From: Nageia nagi
Taxonomy: Eukaryota > Plantae > Pinophyta
Length of the DNA: 64,000 nt
Assembly (NCBI GenBank): GCA_050084985.1
Contig: JBITNC010000001.1
Coordinates: 138,322,001-138,386,000, forward strand
Direction: 5' to 3'
Shown: positions 26,438 through 39,686 of the stretch, piece by piece
How the letters are laid out: the number at the start of each line of letters is the position of its first letter
Position numbering within the stretch: the first letter of the stretch is position 1
Translations under genes and position numbers: made by a program
Notes under the pieces: generated by a model
Told to the model about the DNA's origin: nothing
The model's input: the letters and a program-made list of their open reading frames with translations, nothing else
The model's database searches: none

Positions 26438-27770
26438 TGTTAGGAGCATTTTATTTAATTTTAGTAATTTTAAAGGATATTTAACCCTTTTATTGTAAGT
26501 TCCACTTGGAGATTAATTAATTACTCCAATTATAGGATGTTGGGGCCTATTTTAGCATGTTATGTGTTATTTTATAATTATGCCTTTCATAATGTATTAA
26601 TGATACCAAGGCAATTATTAATTGTAAATGCAATATTAGTCACAATTTATGGGACATTGCATACGATAAAGTCTTGATGAATTTAAATTGGCATTTAATG
26701 GGTCTCTTGTAATAATTGCTCTCCTTTTGAGGTAGATCCTGAACCAAGGTGATTTCACCTATCTCAAGGGACCAAGAAGACATCCCAACTTGTAAGTGGA
26801 ACACCTAGGATATATTTTTCATCCCAAGGCATTGGAAGACTCCCACATTTGGATGTCGGACTCATGAGGAGATTTGGACCATTCGATGAGCATTTGGGCA
26901 TCCCAAGACACCCACATCTCACCCTTGGAGGCTCTTTGGCAAGTGGCCTACATACTAAGGCACATGGAAGTCCCCAATAACCCAATGTTTGCATTCTAGG
27001 CCCTTGGATGTGTTAACGCCCATCTCAAGACACCTCATCTTGGGTGTTGGCTTTGTGAGAAAATGGATGGATCACCCTTGTACACTATTGGATCAACCCC
27101 AACTCTTTATTAGAAGATAAGCTACCTCTCCCTATTTAAGGAAGACTCTTGTAATAAAAAGGCATTCAATTATTATTATGACTTCTTATTCTTGCTTTGG
27201 GCATTTCCCTTCATTGATTCCATTCTTTGGAATGAGATACCTATAGTGGGGTGCAGTACAAGACTTACGTGGGCACACAATTGGGGATCTTTGATCTTCC
27301 ACCACAACTGCTTGAGGAGGAAGCCCTGGTGCAAGCCTTACCACACTACAGATCTGAACCCTAGTGCATTAGTCTTCTTTCATTAATCTTTGTAATTGTG
27401 ATCCCATCACTTCCATTATTTAAATACAATTACATATTGGCAATTATATTGTTATTTTCTTATTGTTTTTGGTAATTATCTCTCATTGCTTGGACATTGG
27501 ATTATTAAGTGTATAATTATAGTAATTACATGAGATTTAGCTTCTACAAGTGAAATGTTGGGCTTGTTACATGAGATCTAGCCTTTAGCACCTAGATGTT
27601 GGGTTTATTTGAGATTGTTTGCTTTGTCATGAGCTATATTGCTAGATGTTGAGGATATTGATGAGATCTTGCATGCCTAAGATAGATGTATGGGTTTGAG
27701 GGTGTTATCTTGCTTGGAATAGCTAGATGTTGCATTTGTTTGACAATATACACTAAGATATGGTATTATG
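26438..27770 (+). mobile_element. LTR-like fragment (boundaries uncertain)
   Basis: Begins TGTTAGG; TATA-like CCCTATTTAAGG at ~27131 followed by TTGTAATAAA; architecture similar to 33120-34290. Confidence 0.35.
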
Positions 27771-27779
27771 ATTGAGACA

Positions 27780-30700
27780 TCCCTCTCCTAGGGCATGTTT
27801 GATGATTTTGTTGTGTTAAATTAAATATACCACTTCAAAAATTAAATATTTTTGGCTGAAATTAATTTTCAAGTCCTTTTATAGCTTTTCAATGATACTT
27901 GGCATGAAATCATAGGTTGCATGGTTTGAGGCTAATGCATGAAGGTGAAATTGTGCAACCTATCTTTATACTTGGAATTTTTTTTTTGGAATGGATCCCT
28001 ATGCTCATTTTATAACCTTCCATGACAAATATCAACAAACCACAATTTGAATCTGCCCTTTTGATCAGATCGAGACATGTTACTTGCATCATGCTGAGAT
28101 CATGTGACCTCTTCCAAATTTATCAACCATTGACCCTTGGAAATTTTGCTCAATTGAGATATTACTCCTCCTTTTAAAGGCTCCTAATGAAACTTGTCAA
28201 TCATTTACCCTTTCCTAGATAATTTGTTCATGGTCGCATGGTTTGAAGAGGATGCCCCAATCGCATGGTTTGGGGGACATGCAATTTCCATTAGGCTAAA
28301 AACATGAGAAAAAGTTTGGACTTACAATTTTTCTCAAAATAAAGTTCCTAAACCATATTTATGGCATCCAAATAATGTGTTAATAATCACCCCACTCCAT
28401 TCAACTTCTTCATGGTCGCATGGTTGGGAGGAGATGCCTTAGATGCTTGGTCAGAATGACATGCGTTTTGTACCCTCGATAAATCATACGAACTCCACTA
28501 GAATTGAATTGTTTTCACTAAATGATATTTTTTTTACCTTTTTTATAATATTGGGCAACAAATCATAAGTTATATTTCCCCTTTTGGTTGTATGGTTTGA
28601 GGAAGATGCCTTGGTCGCATGGTTTGGGGAAGATTCTTTTAGCATTGAGGTGAGAAAGTGTGACCACCTCAAAACTGAAATTTTTTGCAAGGATGATAAT
28701 GCTATGCTACTTTTAATCCTTATAAATGATAAATGGCAACGATTTACTAGATTGGATCTCAATGAATTCAAGATTTTGCAAGTGTTGTGCCTACACAACA
28801 CACCCCAAAGTTTTCGCAATTTTTGGGGACCCTCTTTTGAGCTAAGGCCATTGGGATGAATATTTTCTTCTCAAATCTGATGCATTTCAACCAACTGGAG
28901 GTATAAATGGCTAAACTATCCATACTTTGGCTAAACCAGGCATGAAAATTCTTCCAAGTCATGAGGGCATGTTTTCTGATGAGTGCAAAAGCACTCACTC
29001 AAAATGGTGCAATTGGGTAAAAATCTGCATTTTCACATGAAAATCATGCATTTTTAGGTCTGAAATTATGCAATCTATGTCAATTGGTCGCTTACATGCA
29101 TTTTGATATCATTTTGGCTCATTCTGAAAAAAAACTGGCTAAGTGTTTACCTTGGGCGCATCATTTTTGTGTAATGAAAAATCACTCACTCAAAACGGTG
29201 CAACCAACCTTGAGGGTGTTAAAATTGGCTATCGTTGAGAAATTGAGCATACACTAAGGAGTAGACAAGTTTCCTCACATGCATTGGATCACTTTTTGCA
29301 CTAATAGGCATGTGACACTTGTCCATTGGAGACTACATAGTATAAAAGGCAGCATGCTAGTTCATTTTGTATTCTGAATCACTTCATTCTCATATGGTAT
29401 CTAGCTCTGTTGAAGTGCAAAAGCACGTACCAAAAACGGTGCGCCCATGCAAGCACATACCAAAAATGGTGTGCCCATGCTAAAGCACATACCAAAAGCG
29501 GTGCGTCCAAGCTCAGAGGGGTTAATTTTGAAAGAAAATCTGGCTAAGTAATTTGTTACATCAAATTGGTAGGCATATGCATTCTGGGACATGAAAAAGT
29601 ACGTACCAAAAATGGTGCACCCATGTGAAAGAACGTATCAAAAACGGTGTGCCCAAGTTTGAAGGCATAATTTTTCTAAGGCACGAAAAAGCACTACTCT
29701 GTTTTGGTGCAACCAAGCATGGTTTTCATAGAGTACCAAAAGCACATACCAGAAACGTTGTGTCGAGACATAGAAGACATACATTGAACCCATTCTATAG
29801 CAAATTGAAGCCTACCACATGTCCCAAGCATTGACATTTGTTCCAAGCAATACCACCTATCCAAGAAGCACTACTTGTTGAATGCATACCATGCATATGC
29901 CATCTGCCTTAGAAGAAAAGATCTATGAATATCATGCAAGACTTCTTTTCCATGCGACACACCAAGGTTACTTTTTCAAGAGGCTTGGTGATTGAATATC
30001 TTTGGAAGACGCAACTATAGAAGACACAGTGTAAAACTCATCTTTGAAGGGTAAATTTTGTGAGAAGGGAGTTAACTCGCCAAATAGCCATTTTGACAGA
30101 GTAAGTGATACGGATGTTCAAAGTTTTCAGTCTAAGTATAGTTACATGTTGAAACAGTTGATGGGTATGCCAGAGTATCGTATGTAGATGAAGAAAATAA
30201 TTTACTTAGAACTATTTTGGCACGACTTCTCCCAAAGCACATCAAGACATTCAAGATTGGACCCACCACCTGACATCACCAAAGAGGAGTGGAAATTTGT
30301 GAAGCTCAAGGCAAATTCAGGGTAGATTTGATTTGCTTGAGGATTTGAATTGCTTATAGATTTGATCTGCCCACTTTATTTTTCAGTTCATATGCATTTA
30401 TGGGTTTCTGAAAAACTATCATTTCATTTATTTGACCAGTGTGTGGATGAGTTTGCTCCCATCAGCTCAAATGTCAAACTTTGCAATCATATCTGATTTT
30501 ATTTTCATAGACTAGACATGCATGTTTAAGCTTCTAGCATCAGCATTTATTTTTTCTCAGTTACTAAATGCCATGGCAGCTGAAGTAGCATACATGTTTG
30601 TGATGATATGATGTTTATTTCCATATTAGATTTGATTCCTTTAGGGCAAGATTAGGGAGACACCACATTTATTGCAGCTACCTTTTTGAAACTATAAGTA

Positions 30701-32100
30701 CCTAACTTGGGTCATTTTGTAAAGGGATGATTTTTTTTTTGAAAGGAGAAGAGAATGTGTGAAAATTAGATAGAAGAGTTTGATATGTTATAGAAGAGTT
30801 ATCTTTTTGAAAACTACTTTCTATTTTGAAGTATTGCTTTGAATATTAATGCAATTGGAGCCTCCATTTCATGGGATTATGCATATTATCTTGTAAGATT
30901 TTCTTACTAGTTTGGATAATTTTTACTGCTTAAGTGCATTCTCTTTGAAAACTAAGAGTTTTAAGAGGAGATAACTGAATATTTTGTGAAGTGGTATAAA
31001 TTATTCATTGCATGATTAGCATATAAGTGTATGTATTTTGGGGCATATAGCTCGTCTCTATGTCATTCGCTTAGACTTGTGTACTCACACCATCATTTTC
31101 GTTTACCCCACTCCATTGATCTTCCACCAAGACCCTACAGCTTCCTGCTCTCATCTAGTAGCAACTTGAGCGCATATTGCTATTTGTTGTCAGGCTTGAT
31201 AGTGAATACATTTTTCTTAATGAATCCAAAGATGACCTACGTAGACATTGCATCAATGGCGGATGTTTCTTTGCTAGCTTGACTTAAACTTTCTATTCCC
31301 CCCTTACCTTTTATTTATTTTTTATTTATTTTATTTTTTCTTTTCTTTTCTTTCTTTGAAAGCTAGTTTCCCTTTCGTTGCTGCTAAATCCTGAAATGAC
31401 CTCAAGTTTCAATGAATCTCAATAAAACAAGAAGACACTCCTTAACCAGAAAACAAACTCCAGAGACCTTATATAACATGTTGATAGCTTGCATCTCTCC
31501 TCACTCAAGCTACTCCAGGATTCACAAACCATCAAACAAGCTATAAAGAGAAAAGTGATAAGTTATAAGTCCTAGTGACATGAAAAGAAACCTTGGGGTA
31601 GAGAGTCCTTTCAAGTGCGAGTAGGTAATGCTACATCATCTAAGTTGTTGAGTCTATTCCCAATAGTGCTTGCAATCTTGCTTAGGGGGAAAGAAAAACA
31701 CACCAACAGGGAGTTTGGACTTGCTTCTAACATAAGCCAAAAATAATACAACTTAAAGCAAGAAGGTGAAAACATATGACCTTGCCAGAAACTTAGAATT
31801 TTCAAGAAATTTCATCTCTATGTTAAATATCTTGCCTTTAAATCCTATATTCTCTTGGGACTTTATCCATATGGATCTTCGTTTATCTCTACTGAAGATT
31901 GCAACCTTGCTTTTGTAAAAGTAGGGTCCTCGAATTTTGCAAAAATTAGGGGCATGTTGTGTAGGCACAAAAGGAAGTGCACCATGATGAGAGTGGAATT
32001 TTTATCAGGCAGAGAAAATTTACAAAGGATATGCTTAAAATATTCCACATGGAAACTTTTAAGGCTGCACCTATTCTGTAAGCTCAAGGAGTCATTTTAG
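27780..32100. mobile_element. Repeat-rich transposon remnant, possibly a DNA transposon (CACTA/MULE-like)
   Basis: Dispersed TCGCATGGTTTG motifs (27915-28630); ACCAAAAACGGTGCGCCC repeats (29430-29770); inverted similarity 28770-28840 vs 31915-31970; decayed coding-like patch ...PPPDITKEEWKFV near 30265-30300. Confidence 0.35.
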
Positions 32101-33119
32101 TGAAGGATGATGAGGCTAAAAGGTAAACATAACTCACTTTCATAGCATGGTTGGGAGTCTTATCTTCTTTACTACTAGAAGATCATATATTGCATATTCA
32201 GTGGGTTTAGTGAGCTTCACTTGTGGGCAATGAAGAGGATATTAAGGTATGTGAGAGGTACTTTGGAGTTTGTAGTTAAGTACTTTTATATCTTTAATTT
32301 TGAATTAATTAGATAGATATATTGTAATTGATGAGGTAGTTTGGATAATTGAAAATCAACTTCTAGAAATTTTTTTTCATTTGCTTCTAATTTGATGGCC
32401 CTCCCTTCAACACATACAAAGTATGTGGGAGCTATAGTATTAGTAGCTCAGGCCTTGTGGTCGAGGAAAATGTTATGTGACTTGGGGAGAGATGCAATTG
32501 ATCACCACTACATTGTTTTGTGATAATTAAAATGCAATCCAAATTACATGGAATCTTGTCCACCATAAAAGATGTAAACACATTAACCTTCAGTTTCATC
32601 TCATAAAAGATGTGATACAAAGAGGTGGTATGAATTTGGATTTTTGTGGCACCACTAATTAGCTTGCATATATCTTCACTAAGGGTGTGAAAATAAAATT
32701 GTTCCTAAGGTTGCGGGATAGATTCATGACCTTCATGATCAAGGGAGAGAATGAAGATTTGATCACTTTATTAAAAAAATTATGTCTATTTCTTATTCAA
32801 AAAATAGAAAATGAAATAAAATAAAACATTAATGTCTCTTGAGCTTCAAGCAAGTGAAGAGACATGGGAGTTATGAAAAATGCTATGAGTCCAACTAGCA
32901 TAGTAAATTGAAACTTCATACCCATAATGTAATCTATTGTACATTTTTTTCTTCTTTTTTGTATATGGTGTTGTGTATGTATTGATTTGAGACAAATACA
33001 AGACTCCATTGAGGGCCAAAGTCTAGTATTTTTTTTTAATTCGGCTGTGCTAATTTGTATGTGAGGTATGTTCATTTAGTTTTGATAGGTTTTTGTGCTT
33101 TTTGCTAGATTTGCAATTC

Positions 33120-34290
33120 TTGTTTGAAAGTGATTCATAAAATAAATAAGTGCATTTTGAGTTAATAAAATTAACAATTTTACAAGTAGTGATTAGAAGC
33201 AAGAAAGGAAGAAGCTAGGTGTAACATCCCTTTTGTACTATATAAAAGTAATGTAAGAGCCTAAAAGGATGTCTTAATAACATTCCTTTTGGGGTTTGTT
33301 TAAAAGTTGTCTTGTAGTTGTTTTGTAATTGTTTTGTATAACTTGGGATAGGAATTAATTGGTCCATGAACCCCACTGTGAGCCTTCCTCCCAAGTGTAG
33401 AATAGGAGATATTAATGTACTTGGAGATCCCAGACTTGATTGTGGGAATCCCAAGAGCTTGTATACATTAATTAACCAAGATTGAGGATTGCATGCTTGT
33501 GCTAGCCTTGGGAAGTCCCCTAGACCCAACATTGGCCCATCACAGACACCTAAGCTCCCATTCATGGCACTCCCATGCATGGCACCCCTTGACCTTGTGT
33601 TGGCATTTATGGCACCTAGGAATCCCATGTTGGCATGCCTGATACCTAGGCACCCACATTGGGCATCCTAGGCCCTTTGGAGGCTAATTTTGGGGCCTTA
33701 GAGCCTAATGATGATTCCAAGGTGAGATCCAAGACCTGATTGAGAGTATAAGAAGACTTGGAGGTTCATTTGTTGGATACACTTGATAATTATTACTCTT
33801 ACACTCATACATTGTCCGGTGGACACAACCTTAGCGGAGGGTTAAGTGTATTCCTTAGGTGGAGCACCTAAGAGGGTTGGTAGGCACAGAGAACCTGACA
33901 ATCTATGTAAATTGGTGGAGCAGTATTTCCCATCTAGTGGATCCAAGGTGGAGTCTCTACCATGCAAGTGGTTATCCAAATCTGAGGAGGGCCCCTTCGG
34001 TGGGGAGGAGTCAGATTGTGAGGAGGTGCTGCTGCCCCATAGTTCGTCTAGTAGTATTAGGAGAGTCATTCGGCCAGTTCAGCTCCCAGAAGACTAACAT
34101 CAACCCTTTGGGCATATTTTGTATTGTACTTCATTTTTTTCATAATACAATACATGGGCTCATTTGGATCTCAATGTTGTGTTCATATTGTTCATTTTGT
34201 GTATGCGTTGAGCATTATTGTGTTGCATATTGTGTTTTTGATCCATCATTGACATTGTGAGGTGTTTATATGCATGTGAGAGTCCAACGT
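33120..34290 (+). mobile_element. LTR-like fragment
   Basis: GC-richer short-repeat block, TATA-like GAGTATAAGAAG (~33744), TG-rich 3' part; no TSD found. Confidence 0.4.
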
Positions 34291-34927
34291 TTGCATACTA
34301 GGGTTTGTATTTGCATATTGGATGCCCTAGTTTGGTTTGATTGTAATTGAATTTGCTGATATTTGTGGGAGATCCTGTTTGGATCATTACACTAGGTGTC
34401 CTAGCTAAGATGTGAAGGATCTGCCATTTGAAAAATCCAGTAAATTTGCCCATACTATACTCTCCATACTTGAGGATCTTATATTCATCATTGTGTAAGA
34501 TATGGAATATAATGTAGCTGTAATGGTGTATTCTTGAAGCATTCAAGTTTTTACATAAAAGTATGACTAACAATTACTACAAACAATACTAATGCAAATA
34601 GTTAATATGTTTCAGTGTTTTCTACTTCAAACTAAACATTCATTTATTTATTGTTTTCCAGAAGGAACCAACTTTTTATATAGAACAAGACAGGGTAGAG
34701 TTTAGAAAGGGATACAACATAAAATTTCCTATTTGCTCAATCTTTATAGTTATGTGATAGGCATATTAAGTGGATAAGATGCAGATTGATGTATGTAAAG
34801 CCTTAGATTCCATTTGTGTTGACATACACTTATTGTCAATTTATATGAAGCAACTATCCATATTGAAAACTAGATGAATATTTGACTTTTGAGGCCGAAG
34901 CTAAGCTGACATGTTACTTTGTTGTAG

Positions 34928-34981
34928 TCAAACAAATGAAAATGAGGGAGATCATGGATGTCAGAAAGAAGAAAAACAAAG
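34928..34981 (+). CDS. KCBP: KCBP-like exon 2 ((S)QTNENEGDHGCQKEEKQ-)
   Basis: TTTGTTGTAG| acceptor, AG|GTATAA donor, 54 nt, phase 2-2, open frame. Confidence 0.65.
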
Positions 34982-35122
34982 GTATAAGAGTCATTTAAAT
35001 CGACAGAAGCCATTACTTAGTTTTGGTATTATTTATATTTCTGTGTTGATAGTGAAGTTTATTAAAATACTGGAAAGCTGTATTAATTGCATGCTTTCTG
35101 TTTGTTTTGGTATATGATGAAG

Positions 35123-35189
35123 CGATGATTTATTTGTTGAGTTGCCCCCAGAATACATTTTTCTTTTTCCCATTCTTAATAGATTGCAG
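35123..35189 (+). CDS. KCBP: KCBP-like exon 3 ((S)DDLFVELPPEYIFLFPILNRLQ)
   Basis: Acceptor GAAG|, donor CAG|GTAATT; phase 2-0; resembles the KCBP segment 'P.ELAAAIPLIDRFQ' (from memory). Confidence 0.75.
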
Positions 35190-35370
35190 GTAATTTTATG
35201 TTTTCTTTGCTTATCTTAGATTTCTTCTTTCCTGAGTAGTAAATAAGACAGTAGGTTGTCTACAAGTCAGAATGTATTGCACTCTTGTTAATACCTATTT
35301 TTTTCTTGCAACTTGTGAATCAAAATAAAATATACTCTTAGTATTAGATGATGAATAAAATTTTTGGTAG

Positions 35371-35499
35371 GCTGATTCTTTTGTTGCTCTTATGCAAAAG
35401 CAAATTTCCGCAAATGGGAGACATGGTATTTCTAGCAAGAGAACTACTTCAAATGGCAAAGAGAAGTACACAATATTAGATGTGCTTTCTTTTCAAAGA
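35371..35499 (+). CDS. KCBP: KCBP-like exon 4 (ADSFVALMQKQISANGRHGISSKRTTSNGKEKYTILDVLSFQR)
   Basis: TTTTTGGTAG| ... |GTAATT, 129 nt, phase 0-0; matches KCBP 'FLRLMQKQIQSAGKRGF...ERFTFEDMLCFQK'. Confidence 0.9.
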
Positions 35500-35657
35500 G
35501 TAATTACTTGGTCTTAATATTCTGTATATATTTTATGAAGATTATCTAAAAAAGGGTTGACGTTGGATTCATTTTCTATTTGATATTGCATTTCACTACA
35601 GTATTGCTTGTTATATATGGTTGCCAACACTATTGCTTTCTATTTTCATTTGTACAG

Positions 35658-35887
35658 GACCCAATTCAAATTTCTCTCTTGAAAATGAGCAATGATCCAA
35701 TGAGCCGGGCTGTTAAACTTTTCCAGTTAGTTTTGAGATACACTAATGCTGATGGTCAAGGCCAAGCTAGTTCACAAGAACAAATAGACATTGTTCTTAA
35801 GATATATAAGTATCACCTGAAATACCCTGATTTAAGAGATGAGCTATTTGTGCAAATACTGAAGCAAACACATAACAATCCTGAAAG
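35658..35887 (+). CDS. KCBP: KCBP-like exon 5, start of MyTH4 domain
   Basis: TTTGTACAG|DPIQISLLKMSNDPMSRAVKLFQLVLRY...LRDELFVQILKQTHNNPE AG|GTAATC; corresponds to KCBP/ZWICHEL 'DPIPTSLLKI...LRDELFAQISKQTR.NP'. Confidence 0.93.
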
Positions 35888-37378
35888 GTAATCTGGATAT
35901 TATTATGGAGACAGCCTTCTTGTCAGTTGGAGTTTTTGTCACGTTATTACTAATCTTGTCAAAGTTTCCTCCTTTTCAATTTGTATTCATCTTTCTGCCT
36001 CATTTGATTCATTCATATTCTTCTCTCAGTTCCTCTTTCTTTCTTTTCTTTCTTGTTGAATTAATTTTTTTTAGCATAAATCAACTGATTTAGAATATCC
36101 AGATCTTCATTTGGTAGCCTCATTTCATGCACACGTCATGTATTATGGTACAGAAGAGTAGCCAAAAAATGTGTGACCTGATCTGGTATTGGTTTCAACT
36201 TCCTGAAAAATTTCATCAGAATCTAAACTACACAAAGCAACATTAGTATCTTAAAAAAATGTTTCATTTAATGCTTTGTTGTGTGTATAAGAATTTTCAT
36301 TTCCTTCTGTGCTATTGTAGTGGTATCTCAACTTGATCATGTCCAGGTGACCAATTTATTTTCTCGCATTGCATTTTTAGGCCCATAAGGACTCAAGTAA
36401 TTTGCATGTTTTTTGATGTTTGTTTCCAACTCCGGATAATAAAGGATAGGTATTGATGACATTACTCTCACTAGAGTTTTGACCTGTCGCTTGAATGGAT
36501 GCTGGCCTATCTAACAAATCATTTGAAGTCTATAAGTTTTATTATGTTTTTGTAAGCAGTAGCATTTAACACTTAAAGCAAATATTCATTTGTAAATGCA
36601 ACTCATTTACATATGTATGTGTAATTCATCAAAAAACATTCATTCAGTCTTTGTCACTGAATTAGAGAAATGGATTCAGGAAAAAGGAGAGTCTTCCATC
36701 TTAATAATTTTAGGTTTTTAACAAGGCTATCTTACTCTGATGTTCTTTATAGCATGGGCTAGTATGACTCTCATATTTGCATACACAACTTCTGTAATGT
36801 ATCAGTCCCTTGTTTCTCAAACCTCTAACACTGAAATTCAACTAAGATCCAATTACTTCACATCGTAGCAATTTGGAAGCAGTAGTTGCCCTGTTCAACT
36901 AACTGCAAATCTTTAGTCTATCCTATCCTTGGATTTATGATATTGGTATGGCTTCATCATTTCTTATATCAAATTATCTGAACTGCCTCAATTTGATTCT
37001 CCAATGCCTTTTAGTCCTAATATCTTCAAACCCTAAGTTATATATTTTTCAAATTTATTTTCTCAGCCATTGACTTGCTATCATTGAGTATCAACAAAAA
37101 AGAAAATGTGAATTTCAATAAGCATGGTTGAATTTTTAAAACCTGTTTCAGTTACATCTACCATTTTCTTTTCCACTATTTGTCTGTAGTTTGCCTAGTA
37201 CCCGATATCATCTCATCTTGCCTTTTTCAAAAAGGCCAATATTGGGAGCTTCAACTGTAGGTATAGAAACAAGTTTTGTTAATGTAACATCTCTCCAATA
37301 ACATTTAATAACTAGGGTTTTCAAATGGTCCACTTCTTGCTGAATCTTATGCACAAAAGATTTTATTGTAGCAGGATA

Positions 37379-39273
37379 TTTTTTTTTGGTTGGGATCAAA
37401 AAAAAGGCCACTTGTTAAATTAATGGAGTTTTTATACAGGTAACCAAAACCTGTTATTGTAAAATTGTAACAATATCGGCAACATCCTGCTATTGTTTAC
37501 TTCGTACAATTGCAGAATGTTCTTCCTTAAAGCTACATGAGAACCCAATACAGAGTTGGGCACCTATTTCGTACGGATTTCATACAAATATCAATTTTAA
37601 CCATGATTGATTTTGCTACAGAAACCATAGCGGGAGAAACAACTTTTACTTTTTTTTCCCTGTTTTAAGAGAAAACCTCTCCCCAAACTGTCAAGTGTTT
37701 TTTGTTTGCCTTCAGCAACTTCCTTGGTAGTTTCAATTTCTTTTGTCTCTCCTTTGCTTGGTCATCCCACATGCTGTTGACCTACATCTACTCTTTTTGA
37801 GGCACTCCATAGTATCCTTTGGCTGGTTTTGGGGATGTGTGTATCATCAGAGTCTAATTGGCTTTCCACAAGTGAACTTTGTAATCTGTTTTTGGGCTTT
37901 ACTTGTGTCCAACCCTCTATTCAGTATTTTTTGAGCTTGCATCTTTGGATCATTTTCTACGGTTTTCTCAATGGTAATCAAGTTATCATTTTCTTCTTAT
38001 TTTTCTCCAACTATGATCACCTCATGAGGAGTAGATTTAACATTATTGGATCCTTTTCCAATATTAGCATCTGTATTCGGGGCAGTCTTTGCCTTATCAG
38101 TATCAAAGATCCTATTGTTGTCCTCATCCACTGTAGCTTCCATCACCCTTTCTGTTTGATCAGAGATTTGCTTCCAAATCTAATTACCTTGTTGTTTTTT
38201 GTCTCCACAACCATCTGAGCAGGGCATGAGCTCAAGCTATGCCCAACTTGATTACATGTTAGGCATAAGCAATTATTTTTTTCAAACCAAAGTTCTTGCA
38301 TCCATTCCCCCAAATCTGATTCAATCATTACAATATATGGTAGTTTAGCTCCAAATTCTACCATAATGCAAATTCTTGCCTCGATGAGTCTTGTCCGAGC
38401 TTTTGTTACTTCATCAACTGTAATTAATTTTCCAAAGGAGCCTGTAATTCCTCCAAATACCTTCTGGTGCCAAAATTTGAAGGGGAGGTGAGGAAGGGTT
38501 ACCCAGATTGGAGCATTCATAATCTTGGCTTTGGACGAATTAAAACCTGGCTTCCATTTTTCCAGGAATAATACTTTCTTTCCATAAAACTAGGCTAGGC
38601 TCAAAATGTAATCTTGATCCTCTACATCATTAAAAACAAACATAATATAGTCATTGAGCATCGTAATTACCCCTAGAGATCCTTTAATTTTCCATCTTAG
38701 CTTCGCCCATTTTTTAATTGAATCTATATTTGGACAAGCACCATGTAGCCTACTAACAAGATTATATTTTTCCCTTTACGTAGATTGGTTGATGATAGCT
38801 TTTGTAACTTTCTGAAAAATCTTATCCCCCTTTTTTCCGCCTTTAGAGGGGGGTTGATGTCAACCATAGCCTCTTATGAGAAGAGACTACGCCATGATTT
38901 TCTAGAATCCTCCATAGATTCTTTCGACAAAGAATCAATTCCCTAGCAGCTCCATATGCATAGTACCAGTCTAGGACAGTAGCTAGAGAACATAATACCC
39001 TCCTCCTATGCAACCTTGAATGTATGTGCCTTAGCTATGAATCTAGAACTATAGCTTGCAGATCGCAAATGATGCTCAGATCCGATGCCTAGTCTGCTTG
39101 CCACTCGAGAACCAGTCCCTACTTGCAACTGACCCAGACCTTGCCTCCGCAGAGGGTCTCTGCCTGCAATCACTCCTCACTCACCTAAAATCAAGCCTAG
39201 CTTCACCCATCATAGCCTGTCGAGGGCAAGGCCCATGCCCCTGAGCCTTTTTGCTTGCCTGTTACTAGGTTGA
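37379..39273 (-). mobile_element. TSD-bounded L1-clade LINE derivative encoding only ORF1 (half-L1-like)
   Basis: TSD TGTAG(C/T)AGGATA(TTTTTT) at 37367-37378 and 39274-39285; A-tail 37379-37387; DUF4283-like region (WAKLRWKIKG...FVFNDVEDQDYIL...WKPGF...APIWVTLPHLP) and CX2CX4HX4C knuckle (CLTCNQVGHSLSSC); no ORF2. Confidence 0.88.
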
Positions 39274-39686
39274 TGTAGTAGGATATTTTTTATAGCAACT
39301 TATTAAGATGTGATTTTGTAAAAGCCTGTTCCATTCAAATTGTCAAGCATCTCAAAGTCTAGTGGAATGAAAATCAAATGCAAAGAGAAGTCAATGCATG
39401 AAGCCGCAAGGATGAGAGAAAAATCACCACTTACCTACCGTAATCTGTAGACAAGCAGGGCAACAGTTGCATAGTTTTGAATTTATGGAATTGTATGTAG
39501 AGAATATTTTCAACTACAACATAGGAAAGACTTTGTAGATTTCAGTTCCTTGGTCTCATTTGTTAGGTTAACAACTTATTGGGATGTTTTTCCTTCCTCT
39601 TACAAACTACCATCGAAGACGAAAAAATAGTTAGGCATCCAAAGATCTAAGTGAGGTAGTTGTTATCTATCCCGGCTCGAAAGGAC

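Noticed and set aside
35580-35657. N-terminal part of the 103-aa ORF 35580-35891
   Set aside because: Intronic read-through; the coding exon starts at the acceptor at 35658
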